DNA of 64,000 bases from Gammaproteobacteria bacterium. Lineage in GTDB: Bacteria; Pseudomonadota; Gammaproteobacteria; Steroidobacterales; Steroidobacteraceae. Location: the NCBI GenBank assembly GCA_052386355.1, contig JBQTKF010000055.1, forward strand, positions 324-64,323, written 5' to 3'. The translations under genes and the position numbers were made by a program. The stretch's first letter is position 1. Every line of letters starts with the position of its first letter. Of this stretch, positions 11,719 to 19,950 are shown one piece after another. The notes under the pieces are model-generated. The model saw nothing but the letters and a program-made list of their open reading frames with translations. It ran no database searches and had not been told where the DNA came from.

Positions 11719-13763
11719 GACTGCAGAGTTTCCTCGCGGGCGGGTGGCGGGACGGCGGCGGCCCCGCCGCAGCGCTGCGGGATGCGAGCACCGGCGAAGT
11801 CGTCGCCGAGTCTGCGACCGGGGGTCTGGACTTCGGCGCGGCGCTCGCCTGGGCGCGCGACACCGGGGGCCCCGCACTGCGTGCGATGACCTTTCACCAG
11901 CGCGCCGCCATGTTGCGCTCGCTCGGCAAGAAGCTGTTCGAATGGAAGGACGAGTTCTACACGCTGTCCTACGCGACCGGCGCGACCAAATCCGATTCCT
12001 GGATCGACATCGATGGCGGCATCGGCACCATGCTGGTATTTGCGAGCAAGGGCGCGCGCGAGTTGCCGAACAGCCGCGTATATCTCGAGGGCGCCGTCGA
12101 GGGGCTGTCGAAAGGCGGCACTTTCGTCGGCCAGCATGTCTGCACGCCGCTCGAAGGCGCCGCGGTACACGTCAATGCGTTCAACTTCCCGGTCTGGGGC
12201 ATGCTCGAGAAACTTGCGCCCGCGTTGCTCGCCGGCGTGCCGGCGATCGTGAAGCCGGCGACCGCGACCAGCTATCTCACCGAGCGCGTGGTGCGCCGGA
12301 TCCTCGAAACGGGCCTGTTGCCCGCGGGGGCGGTGCAGCTGATCTGCGGGGGCGTGGGCGACCTGTTCGACCACCTCGGCTGCCAGGACGTGGTCTCGTT
12401 CACGGGGTCGGCCTCGACCGCGGCGCGCCTGCGCACGCATCGGGCGGTCGTCGCGAACTCGGTGCGCTTCGTGGCCGAGACCGATTCCCTCAATTCCTCG
12501 ATCCTGGGCGAGGACGCCGGGTCCGGCACGCCGGAGTTCGACCTGTTCATCGCCGAGGTCGCGCGCGAAATGACGGCAAAGGCGGGGCAGAAATGCACTG
12601 CAATCCGCAAGGCGCTGGTGCCGCATGGGCGGCTCGCGGAGGTGGTCGCCGCATTGCAGGCACGACTCTCGAAGACGGTGGTCGGCGACCCGCGCGTCGA
12701 GGGCGTGCGGATGGGCCCGCTCGCAAGCCTCGCGCAGCGCGAGGAGGTGCTTGCGCGCGTGTCGGAACTTCGCCGTGAGGCAGAACTTGTGTCGGGTGAC
12801 ACTCAGGCTTTCGAGGTGGCAGGCGACCGTGCGCGCGGCGCCTTCCTGCCGCCGATCCTGCTGCTGTGCCGCGACGCGGCCTCCGCGCGCGCCGTGCACT
12901 CGGTCGAGGCGTTTGGCCCGGTATCCACGGTCATCGGTTACCTCGATCGCGCCGAGGCGATCGCACTCGCGCGCCGCGGTGAGGGCAGCCTTGCGGGCTC
13001 CGTCTTCACGGCCGACGACGCGATCGCGACTGAACTGGTGCTGGGGATCGCGCCATTCCACGGCCGCGTGCTGGTGGTGAACCGGCATTGTGCGAAGGAA
13101 TCGACCGGCCACGGCTCGCCGCTCGCGCCGCTCGTGCACGGCGGCCCCGGCCGCGCCGGCGGCGGCGAGGAACTCGGCGGCATCCGCGGCGTGCTGCACT
13201 ACATGCAGCGCACGGCGGTGCAGGGGTCGCCCGACACCCTCGCGGCCGTCGGCGGCCGCTGGGTGCGCGGCGGCACCGAACGCGACCCTGGCGCCCACCC
13301 GTTCCGCAAGCCGTTCCATGCGCTTGCGATCGGCGACACCTTCCGCTCGCAGGAACGCGAGGTCACGATCGGGGATATCGAGGCGTTCGCCGCGCTTTCC
13401 GGTGACCGCTTCTACGCGCACATGGACGAGTCCGAGGCCGCACGCAACCCGCTGTTCGGCGGCCGCGTGGCGCACGGTTACTTCCTGATCTCGGCCGCCG
13501 CCGGCCTGTTCGTGGACCCGGCTTACGGCCCGGTGCTCGGCAATTACGGGCTCGACGCGCTGCGCTTCGTGAAGCCGGTGAAGCCCGGTGACCGCATCAA
13601 GGTGCGCCTCACCTGCCGCGAGAAATCGCTGCGCGCCGACAAGGGCTGGGGCGAGGTGACCTGGGACACCGAGATCACGAACCAGTCCGGCGAGACGGTT
13701 GCGTCCTATCATGTGCTCACGATGGTGAGCGTCCACGCGGCGCCGGACGCGGCCAAGGAGTGA
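11715..13763 (+). CDS. paaZ: Bifunctional oxepin-CoA hydrolase / 3-oxo-5,6-dehydrosuberyl-CoA semialdehyde dehydrogenase
   Basis: 682 aa from ATG 11715 (ATGA overlap with the upstream stop). ALDH domain followed by a C-terminal MaoC-like hydratase domain (...[15 protein letters not shown]...). [11 protein letters not shown] is a typical PaaZ start. Confidence 0.88.
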   Translation: MRLQSFLAGGWRDGGGPAAALRDASTGEVVAESATGGLDFGAALAWARDTGGPALRAMTFHQRAAMLRSLGKKLFEWKDEFYTLSYATGATKSDSWIDIDGGIGTMLVFASKGARELPNSRVYLEGAVEGLSKGGTFVGQHVCTPLEGAAVHVNAFNFPVWGMLEKLAPALLAGVPAIVKPATATSYLTERVVRRILETGLLPAGAVQLICGGVGDLFDHLGCQDVVSFTGSASTAARLRTHRAVVANSVRFVAETDSLNSSILGEDAGSGTPEFDLFIAEVAREMTAKAGQKCTAIRKALVPHGRLAEVVAALQARLSKTVVGDPRVEGVRMGPLASLAQREEVLARVSELRREAELVSGDTQAFEVAGDRARGAFLPPILLLCRDAASARAVHSVEAFGPVSTVIGYLDRAEAIALARRGEGSLAGSVFTADDAIATELVLGIAPFHGRVLVVNRHCAKESTGHGSPLAPLVHGGPGRAGGGEELGGIRGVLHYMQRTAVQGSPDTLAAVGGRWVRGGTERDPGAHPFRKPFHALAIGDTFRSQEREVTIGDIEAFAALSGDRFYAHMDESEAARNPLFGGRVAHGYFLISAAAGLFVDPAYGPVLGNYGLDALRFVKPVKPGDRIKVRLTCREKSLRADKGWGEVTWDTEITNQSGETVASYHVLTMVSVHAAPDAAKE

Positions 13764-14575
13764 CGGTGTCGTTCGACCTCGCACGCTGGAACGGAGAATT
13801 CTCGGACCTCGCATTCGAGGAGCCCTCGCCCGGCGTGCTCGAGATCGTGATCACGAACCCGGGCAGCCAGAACTCGGCGACCGAGGTGATGCACGCCGGC
13901 CTCGCGCGCGTCTGGCGCGCCGTGGATGCGGATGCCGCGGTGCGGGCCGTGCTGGTGCGCGGCGCCGGCGAGCATTTTTCCTCGGGCGGCGACTTCGCGA
14001 TGATCGAACGCATGATCGAGGACGAGTCGACGCTGTTGCGCGTGTGGCGCGAGGCGAGCGACCTCGTATACAACCTCGTCAATTGCACCAAGCCCGTGGT
14101 CTCGGCGATCCGCGGCACCGCGGTCGGCGCGGGGCTCGCCGTCGCCCTGCTCGCCGACGTTTCCGTCGCCGGTCGCGGCGCCAGGATCCTGGACGGCCAT
14201 ACCCGGCTCGGCGTCGCCGCGGGCGACCACTCCGTCATCATCTGGCCGCTGCTCTGCGGCCTCGCCAAGGCGCGCTACTACCTGCTGACCAACGAGCCGC
14301 TCGACGGCACCGAGGCCGAGCGCATCGGGCTGGTGTCGCTGTGCGTGGACGACGCGAAGGTGCGCGACACCGCGCTCGGCATCGCAGTCAGGCTCGCGGC
14401 GGGCAGTGCGAGCGCGATCGCATTCACCAAGCACGCGCTCGCCAACTGGCTGCGCCTTGCCGGTCCCTCGTTCGATGCCTCGCTCGCGCTCGAATTCCTC
14501 GGCTTCCGGCTGAAGGACGTGCGCGAAGGCCTGGATGCGGTGCGAAACCGCCGGCCGCCGAGGTTCGAGGGCTGA
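13760..14575 (+). CDS. Enoyl-CoA hydratase/isomerase family protein (possible PaaF-like)
   Basis: 271 aa with crotonase motifs ([11 protein letters not shown]; [18 protein letters not shown]). GTGA overlap with the paaZ stop. Confidence 0.8.
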   Translation: MTVSFDLARWNGEFSDLAFEEPSPGVLEIVITNPGSQNSATEVMHAGLARVWRAVDADAAVRAVLVRGAGEHFSSGGDFAMIERMIEDESTLLRVWREASDLVYNLVNCTKPVVSAIRGTAVGAGLAVALLADVSVAGRGARILDGHTRLGVAAGDHSVIIWPLLCGLAKARYYLLTNEPLDGTEAERIGLVSLCVDDAKVRDTALGIAVRLAAGSASAIAFTKHALANWLRLAGPSFDASLALEFLGFRLKDVREGLDAVRNRRPPRFEG

Positions 14576-14579
14576 GTCC

Positions 14580-14900
14580 TCAGGCGCGCCCGATCGCGAC
14601 CAGGATGCGCCCCTGTTCGACGCGTACGCGATGCGTCGGCAGCCAGTGGAATGCGGGCGGAGAGAGCACGCGCCCGTCCCGCACGTCAAACGCAGCCCCG
14701 TGCAGCGGGCAGGTGAGCCGATGGCCTCGCAGCCAGCCTTCCTCGAGCGACGCCGCCGCATGCGTACAGATGGCGTCCACCGCGTAAAGGCCTTCGCGCA
14801 GCCGGCACACGAGGATGCGCCGTCCCGCGACGTCAACGGCCTTCATGCCGCCGACCGGGATGTCGGATTCCGCCGCAATGTCGAACCAATCGAGTTCCAT
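14580..14900 (-). CDS. Small Rieske [2Fe-2S] domain protein (NirD/ferredoxin-like)
   Basis: 106 aa from the ATG at 14900 (MELDWFDIAAESDIP...). Rieske ligands are CTH...CPLHG. The longer track ORF (to 15128) would run through the riboswitch and is rejected. Confidence 0.75.
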   Translation of the reverse strand: MELDWFDIAAESDIPVGGMKAVDVAGRRILVCRLREGLYAVDAICTHAAASLEEGWLRGHRLTCPLHGAAFDVRDGRVLSPPAFHWLPTHRVRVEQGRILVAIGRA

Positions 14901-14910
14901 GGCTGCCCCG

Positions 14911-14939
14911 TTGCGGCCCCGCCGGGCCGCCGCTAGTAT
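14911..14939 (+). promoter_or_regulatory. Candidate sigma70 promoter of the riboswitch-led thiamine operon (TTGCGG-N17-TAGTAT)
   Basis: -35 TTGCGG at 14911-14916, a 17-nt spacer, and -10 TAGTAT at 14934-14939. The predicted start site is about 14946, at the 5' edge of riboswitch helix P1. Confidence 0.4.
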
Positions 14940-14944
14940 CTGAA

Positions 14945-15048
14945 CCTGCCTTGGGGTGGTCTGACTAGACCTGAGATGCCGGTTGCCTTCGCGGCTCACC
15001 GGCGAACCCGTCGAACCTGATCCGGTTAGGACCGGCGTAGGGAGCAGG
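14945..15048 (+). promoter_or_regulatory. TPP (THI-box) riboswitch
   Basis: Conserved THI-box elements read directly: GGGGTG (14953-58), CTGAGA (14971-76), ACCCG (15006-10) and GAACCTGATCCGGTTAGGACCGGCGTAGGGAG (15013-15044). P1 pairs CCTGC (14945-49) with GCAGG (15044-48). It ends 1 nt before the ATG of the TonB receptor gene. Confidence 0.9.
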
Positions 15049-15049
15049 C

Positions 15050-17125
15050 ATGCAACATCAGCCGGCCGGGATATTCCTTCCACTGCTTGCGGCACTGGGC
15101 TCCGCTGCCGTCTCCGCGGAAGCGCCACCGCGGCTCGACGAGATCGTCGTCACCGCCGGCCTGCGCGAAGTCGCGGCGCGGACGCGCCCCGGCGGCACGA
15201 CCGTGCTCGGGCGGGCCGTGATCGAGGATGCCGCGGTCGTGCACCTCGAGGAATTGCTGCCGCTCGTGCCTTCGCTGTCGTGGGCCGGCGCCAGTTCGCG
15301 CCCGCGATATTTCCTGCTGCGCGGCGTCGGTGAGCTGGAGCAATACCAGGGCGCGCCGAATCCCTCGATCGGTTTTCTGCTGGACGAGATCGACCTTTCC
15401 GGCATCGGCATGACGGCGGCCCTGTTCGACGTCGAGCAGGTCGAAGTGCTGCGCGGGCCGCAGGGAACCCGCTATGGCGCGAATGCGCTGGGAGGGCTGA
15501 TCAAGCTGAAGACGCGGGATCCGGCGCCGGTGCCGTCATTCGAGGCGGAGGCAGGCACTGGCGACGACGGGCTGTGGAGCGCAGGCGCCGCCGCAGGCGG
15601 TCCGCTCGCGGCGGACAGCCAGAGCGCCTGGCGCGCGGTGCTGCATCGGGCGGCCAGCGAGGGCTTCCGGCGAAACGACTTCCTGGACCGGAGCGACACC
15701 AACGGGCGTGATGAAACCACGGCCCGCCTGAGATTGCACCTTGGCGGCAACGGACCCTGGCGCGCCGGTCTCGGACTGGTGCACGCCGACTTCGACAACG
15801 GTTACGACGCCTTCGCAATCGACAACAGCCTGCATACGCTGTCGGATCGACCCGGCCGCGACGCCCAGCGCACGGACGGCGCCTGGCTCGACCTCGCGAG
15901 GGCGCTGCCGGACGGCGGCGAATGGCATTCGATCACGACCTGGGCAGACTCGGACATCGAGGCGAGTTTCGACGGCGACTGGGGCAACGAGGCTGCCTGG
16001 GGCGCGAACGGTCCCTATGACTTCTTCTCGCGGACGCTGCGCGGCCGCCGGACGCTGTCGCAGGACCTGCGATTCTCGTCCGCTCCGGACCGCGACTGGT
16101 CCTGGGTCGCGGGCGCCTGGCTCCTGCGCCTCGAGGAGCGCAATCGCCTGCGCGACGATGGCCTCTATCTCGATGATGCCTTCGTGCGCACGCTCGCGAG
16201 CCGCTACCACGCGACCAGCGTCGCGGCCTACGGCCAGGTCGAATGGCGGCCGGCACCCGCAACCGCAATCGCGGCCGGGCTGCGCGTCGAGGAGCGCGAT
16301 GCTGACTACGCGGACACCGACGGCATCGCCTTCGAGCCGCGCGACCGCATGTGGGGCGGCGAGTTCTCGATCACGCAGCGCCTCGGCGATGCGCACACGG
16401 TCTGGGCCATGCTCTCGCGCGGATTCCGCGCGGGCGGTTTCAACGTCGGCACCTCGGTCCCGCCCGACCGCCAGCAGTTCGATCCGGAGTACCTGTGGTC
16501 GCTCGAGACCGGCTGGCGGGCGACGGACGACGCAGGCAACAAGGCGGACATGAATCTTTACTACATGCGCCGCAAGCACCAGCAGGTGGCAACCTCGTTC
16601 CAGCTCGACCCACAGGATCCGTTGACCTTCCTGTTCCTGACGGACAATGCCGCGCGCGGCGAGGCCTGGGGCGCCGAGGCCACGGCCACGGCGAGACCGC
16701 TGTCTTCGCTCGAGCTCGGTGCGATGCTGACCTGGATGCGCTCGCGCTACCTGGACTATCGCTTCGGCGAACGCGACCTCGACGGACGCGAGTTCGCGCA
16801 CGCGCCGGAATGGAAACTTGCGCTCGCCGCCACCTGGCGCCATCCGGCGGGCTGGATGGCGCGCCTCGACCTGTCGGGCGAATCCGGCTTCCATTTCGAC
16901 ACCAGCCACGACCAGCGTGCGGATTCCCGCATGCTCGTGGGCCTGCGGGCCGGCTACGAATCAAGGCGATGGTCCGTGCACGCCTGGGTGCGCAACCTGC
17001 TCGACGAACGCTACCCGGTGCGCGGCTTCTGGTTCGGCAACGAGCCGCCCGACTTCCCGAATCGCCTGTATCTGCGCTGGGGCGACCCGCGCCAGGTCGG
17101 CCTGACGCTGCGCTGGGTCCACTGA
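15050..17125 (+). CDS. TonB-dependent outer-membrane receptor (predicted thiamine/thiamine-precursor uptake)
   Basis: 691 aa with a signal peptide (…AALGSAAVSAEA), TonB box (DEIVVTA), plug motifs (VEVLRGPQGTRYGANALGG) and a C-terminal beta-barrel ending ...LTLRWVH. Sits directly under the TPP riboswitch. Confidence 0.88.
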   Translation: MQHQPAGIFLPLLAALGSAAVSAEAPPRLDEIVVTAGLREVAARTRPGGTTVLGRAVIEDAAVVHLEELLPLVPSLSWAGASSRPRYFLLRGVGELEQYQGAPNPSIGFLLDEIDLSGIGMTAALFDVEQVEVLRGPQGTRYGANALGGLIKLKTRDPAPVPSFEAEAGTGDDGLWSAGAAAGGPLAADSQSAWRAVLHRAASEGFRRNDFLDRSDTNGRDETTARLRLHLGGNGPWRAGLGLVHADFDNGYDAFAIDNSLHTLSDRPGRDAQRTDGAWLDLARALPDGGEWHSITTWADSDIEASFDGDWGNEAAWGANGPYDFFSRTLRGRRTLSQDLRFSSAPDRDWSWVAGAWLLRLEERNRLRDDGLYLDDAFVRTLASRYHATSVAAYGQVEWRPAPATAIAAGLRVEERDADYADTDGIAFEPRDRMWGGEFSITQRLGDAHTVWAMLSRGFRAGGFNVGTSVPPDRQQFDPEYLWSLETGWRATDDAGNKADMNLYYMRRKHQQVATSFQLDPQDPLTFLFLTDNAARGEAWGAEATATARPLSSLELGAMLTWMRSRYLDYRFGERDLDGREFAHAPEWKLALAATWRHPAGWMARLDLSGESGFHFDTSHDQRADSRMLVGLRAGYESRRWSVHAWVRNLLDERYPVRGFWFGNEPPDFPNRLYLRWGDPRQVGLTLRWVH

Positions 17126-17134
17126 GGTGCCGCC

Positions 17135-17377
17135 ATGCATGTCGCCGTCGAATTGAGCCTGTATCCGCTCGCGGACGAGTTCATCCCGCCGATCCTCGGC
17201 TTCCTCGAGCGGCTCAGGTCGCGTCCGGGGATCGCGGTCGTGACGAACTCCATGAGTACGCAGGTGTCCGGCGACTACGACGCGGTGTTCGATGCGCTGC
17301 GCGACGAGATGCGGGCGAGCCTGTCGGGGCCGCGCCGTGCCGTATTCGTCATGAAGGTGCTCGGTGGGGGTGCTTGA
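17135..17377 (+). CDS. Single-domain YkoF/MTH1187-family (thiamine/HMP-binding) protein
   Basis: 80 aa. VAVELSLYPLADEFIPPILGFL and STQVSGDYDAVFDAL resemble the B. subtilis YkoF repeats as I recall them (FRFSLYPMTDDFISVI...; STVLRGSIDHVFDA). Confidence 0.7.
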   Translation: MHVAVELSLYPLADEFIPPILGFLERLRSRPGIAVVTNSMSTQVSGDYDAVFDALRDEMRASLSGPRRAVFVMKVLGGGA

Positions 17378-17918
17378 AGGCATCGCGGTCGCCGCAGGGG
17401 CCGCCTACATCCTGCTCGCGATCCGGCAGCACCGCAGCTGCTGGATCGCGGGCGGCCTGAGTTGCGCCCTGTACGCATGGGTCTTCCTGCGCGCGGCGTT
17501 GCCGCTGCAGGCGGCGCTGCAGGTCCTGTACGTCGCGCTCTCGATTTACGGCTGGTTCGCCTGGAAGCCGGGCGCCGACGCCACGCCGCGGCCGCAGCGC
17601 TGGCCTTTGCGCCTGCACCTTTACTCGCTCGCGGTTGTGGCGGCGGCGACAGCAGCGAGTGTCGCGCTGCTCGGGCAGTTCACGCTATCGGCCGCACCAC
17701 TTGCCGATTCGCTCGGTACCTGGGCGAGCGTGATTGCGACCTGGCTGCTCGCGCGGCGCTTCGTGGACACCTGGCTCTGGTGGATGGCCGTGGACACCGG
17801 GCTCGCCGCACTGTTTGCGAGCCAGGGATTGTGGCCCACCGCGGCGCTCTACCTCGCGTATGCCGTGCTCGCGGTGACCGGCTGGCGCGCATGGCGGCGC
17901 GCGATGGCGGCGGCGTGA
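17364..17918 (+). CDS. pnuT: PnuC-family transporter, predicted thiamine facilitator PnuT
   Basis: 184 aa polytopic membrane protein with a PnuC-like N-terminus (LEGIAVAAGAAYILLAIRQHRSCW) and W-rich helices. Start is GTG 17364 or GTG 17370, overlapping the ykoF-like stop. Confidence 0.75.
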   Translation: MGVLEGIAVAAGAAYILLAIRQHRSCWIAGGLSCALYAWVFLRAALPLQAALQVLYVALSIYGWFAWKPGADATPRPQRWPLRLHLYSLAVVAAATAASVALLGQFTLSAAPLADSLGTWASVIATWLLARRFVDTWLWWMAVDTGLAALFASQGLWPTAALYLAYAVLAVTGWRAWRRAMAAA

Positions 17919-18769
17919 AGCCCGGGATGCCGGAGCGGGCCCGCCGCGCGGTGGATGCCGTGACCGCCGCGCTGGGCCTCGCGCAGCCGGTGGTCGTGCC
18001 GCTGGCCGGCGCGACGGCGAACCTCGTGCTGCGGCTGACGGATGCCCGCCGGGATCTCGTATTGCGCATCGCCGGCCCGCAGTCCGCGGCGCTGGGCGCG
18101 AGCTGCGCATCCGAGCATGCGATGCACGCGCTGGCCTCGGCCGCCGGACTCGCGCCGGAAATCGTGCTGTCGCGCCCGGCGCAGGGACTCCTCGTCACGC
18201 GCCATGTCCCCGGCAGGATGCTGTCGCGCGGCGACTTCGGAGACGCCGCCCAGCTCGCGCGCATCGGCGCCTGGATCGCGCGCCTGCATGCGCTGCCGCC
18301 GCCGCCGGGACTGCCATTCGTCGATTTCGGTGCGCGCGCGGCCGGCTACCTCGCCATCCTGAGGTCGCGTGCGCCCGCGCCCGCGGTGGATGAGCTGGCA
18401 CGTCGGCTGGAAGCGCAGCGCGCGACGTTGGCCGACGCAACGCCCGTGAGCTGCCATCACGACCTGCATCACCGCAATTTCGTAGACGCGGGAAATCGGC
18501 TGTTCGCGATCGACTGGGAATACGCGGGACCGGGCGACGCGGCGGCCGATCTCGCATCCTGCATCGGCTACCACGACCTCGGGCGCGAAAGCCGAGAGGC
18601 GCTGCTCGCCGGCTACGGGCCGGGCGGCGCGGAACTGCGTGCGCGGCTCGCGCCATTGGGATGGATCTTCCGCTGCCTGTGGTACGGGTGGAACGCAGTC
18701 GCGACGCTCGAAGGCATGGTGCCGGATCAGGCCCTGCAGGCGCGCCTCGCAGCCGGATTGCAGTCCTGA
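17915..18769 (+). CDS. Choline/aminoglycoside-kinase-fold kinase, ThiK-like thiamine kinase
   Basis: Brenner motif HHDLHHRNF and the IDWEYAGPGDAAADLA motif, as in the ThiK/choline kinase family. The start is GTG 17915 (GTGA overlap with the pnuT stop) or ATG 17927. The track ORF start (17462) is rejected. Confidence 0.75.
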   Translation: MKPGMPERARRAVDAVTAALGLAQPVVVPLAGATANLVLRLTDARRDLVLRIAGPQSAALGASCASEHAMHALASAAGLAPEIVLSRPAQGLLVTRHVPGRMLSRGDFGDAAQLARIGAWIARLHALPPPPGLPFVDFGARAAGYLAILRSRAPAPAVDELARRLEAQRATLADATPVSCHHDLHHRNFVDAGNRLFAIDWEYAGPGDAAADLASCIGYHDLGRESREALLAGYGPGGAELRARLAPLGWIFRCLWYGWNAVATLEGMVPDQALQARLAAGLQS

Positions 18770-18812
18770 ACGGTTGCACGCCGCGGGCCGCATCGCGCAA
18801 GATGCGCGGCCC

Positions 18813-19130
18813 ATGGCCGAAATCATCGTCACGGATCGCGACGGCGGCGTGCACCGGGTCGCGGCCCGTCCCGGCGTCAGCCTGATGGAGACGCTGCGTG
18901 AATTCGACTGGGGCGTCGCCGCGATCTGCGGCGGCATGTGCTCCTGCGCGACCTGCCACGTCCATGTGGCCGAGCCCTGGCTCGATCGCCTGCCGCCGAT
19001 GCAGGGCGACGAGAAGGAGATCCTCCAGGAGCTCGAGAGCTACCGGCCGCGCGGATCGCGGCTGTCCTGCCAGATTCCGTTCGAGGAATCGCTCGCCGGC
19101 ATCGAGGTCGAGATCGCGCCCGAGGAATAG
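18813..19130 (+). CDS. Adrenodoxin/putidaredoxin-type [2Fe-2S] ferredoxin
   Basis: 105 aa from ATG 18813, with the Cys pattern CGGMCSCATCHV...LSCQ typical of vertebrate-type ferredoxins. Confidence 0.85.
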   Translation: MAEIIVTDRDGGVHRVAARPGVSLMETLREFDWGVAAICGGMCSCATCHVHVAEPWLDRLPPMQGDEKEILQELESYRPRGSRLSCQIPFEESLAGIEVEIAPEE

Positions 19131-19132
19131 GG

Positions 19133-19186
19133 AATAGGGGACGCACCCCTATTTCGTCTTCACCGAAATGGGGTGCGTCCCCTATT
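19133..19186. terminator. Long near-perfect hairpin (23 bp, one bulge, 7-nt loop) filling the convergent ferredoxin/gpmA gap
   Basis: AATAGGGGACGCACCCC(T)ATTTCG - tcttcac - CGAAATGGGGTGCGTCCCCTATT. Base pairing was checked position by position (A33-T86 ... G56-C64 of the 191xx coordinates). Confidence 0.7.
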
Positions 19187-19190
19187 AGCG

Positions 19191-19943
19191 CTAGGGGCCC
19201 TCCGCCTGGCGCGCGACCGCGGCCGCGGCTGCTGCGATCGCGGCCGGATCGCCGAGGAACCGTCTTGGCGCGGTGGGGCGCTGCCGGCCATCCAGCTCGT
19301 AAAGGATCGGTACGCCGGTCGGAATGTTGAATTCGACGATCTCGTCGTCGCTCATGCGGTCCAGCATCTTGACCATCGCCCGCAGGCTGTTGCCGTGCGC
19401 GACCACGAGCACGTCGAGACCAGCCGCGAGCGCCGGTACGATGCGGCCGTTCCAGCAGGTCAGCACGCGCGCGAGCGTGTCCTTGAGCGATTCGGTCGCG
19501 GGCAGGAGCGCCGGATCCACGCGCCGGTAACGCGGGTCAAGCCTTGGATGCCGCGGGTCATCGGCGGCGAGCGGGGGCGGGGGCACGTCATAGCCGCGCC
19601 GCCAGACCTTGACCTGCTCCGCGCCGTACTTCGCGGTCGTCTGCGCCTTGTCGAGGCCCTGCAGCGCGCCGTAGTGGCGCTCGTTGAGCCGCCAGTCGCG
19701 CTCGACCGGCACCCACATGCGGTCCAGCGCATCCTGCATGATCCAGAGCGTGCGGATCGCGCGCTTCAGCACCGAGGTGAAGGCGATCTCGAAGTCGAGG
19801 CCTTCGGAGCGCAGCAGTGCCGCGGCGGCGCGCGCCTCGGCCGCGCCCTGCGGCGACAGGTCGACGTCGGTCCAGCCCGTGAACAGGTTCTCGAGGTTCC
19901 AGGTGCTCTGGCCGTGCCGTACCAGCACGAACTTTCCGGGCAC
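19191..19943 (-). CDS. gpmA: 2,3-bisphosphoglycerate-dependent phosphoglycerate mutase
   Basis: The GTG at 19943 gives [33 protein letters not shown] (RHG catalytic motif), 250 aa. The longer track ORF (to 20288) overlaps the gdh 3' end and is rejected. Confidence 0.9.
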   Translation of the reverse strand: MPGKFVLVRHGQSTWNLENLFTGWTDVDLSPQGAAEARAAAALLRSEGLDFEIAFTSVLKRAIRTLWIMQDALDRMWVPVERDWRLNERHYGALQGLDKAQTTAKYGAEQVKVWRRGYDVPPPPLAADDPRHPRLDPRYRRVDPALLPATESLKDTLARVLTCWNGRIVPALAAGLDVLVVAHGNSLRAMVKMLDRMSDDEIVEFNIPTGVPILYELDGRQRPTAPRRFLGDPAAIAAAAAAVARQAEGP

Positions 19944-19950
19944 GGCCGGC

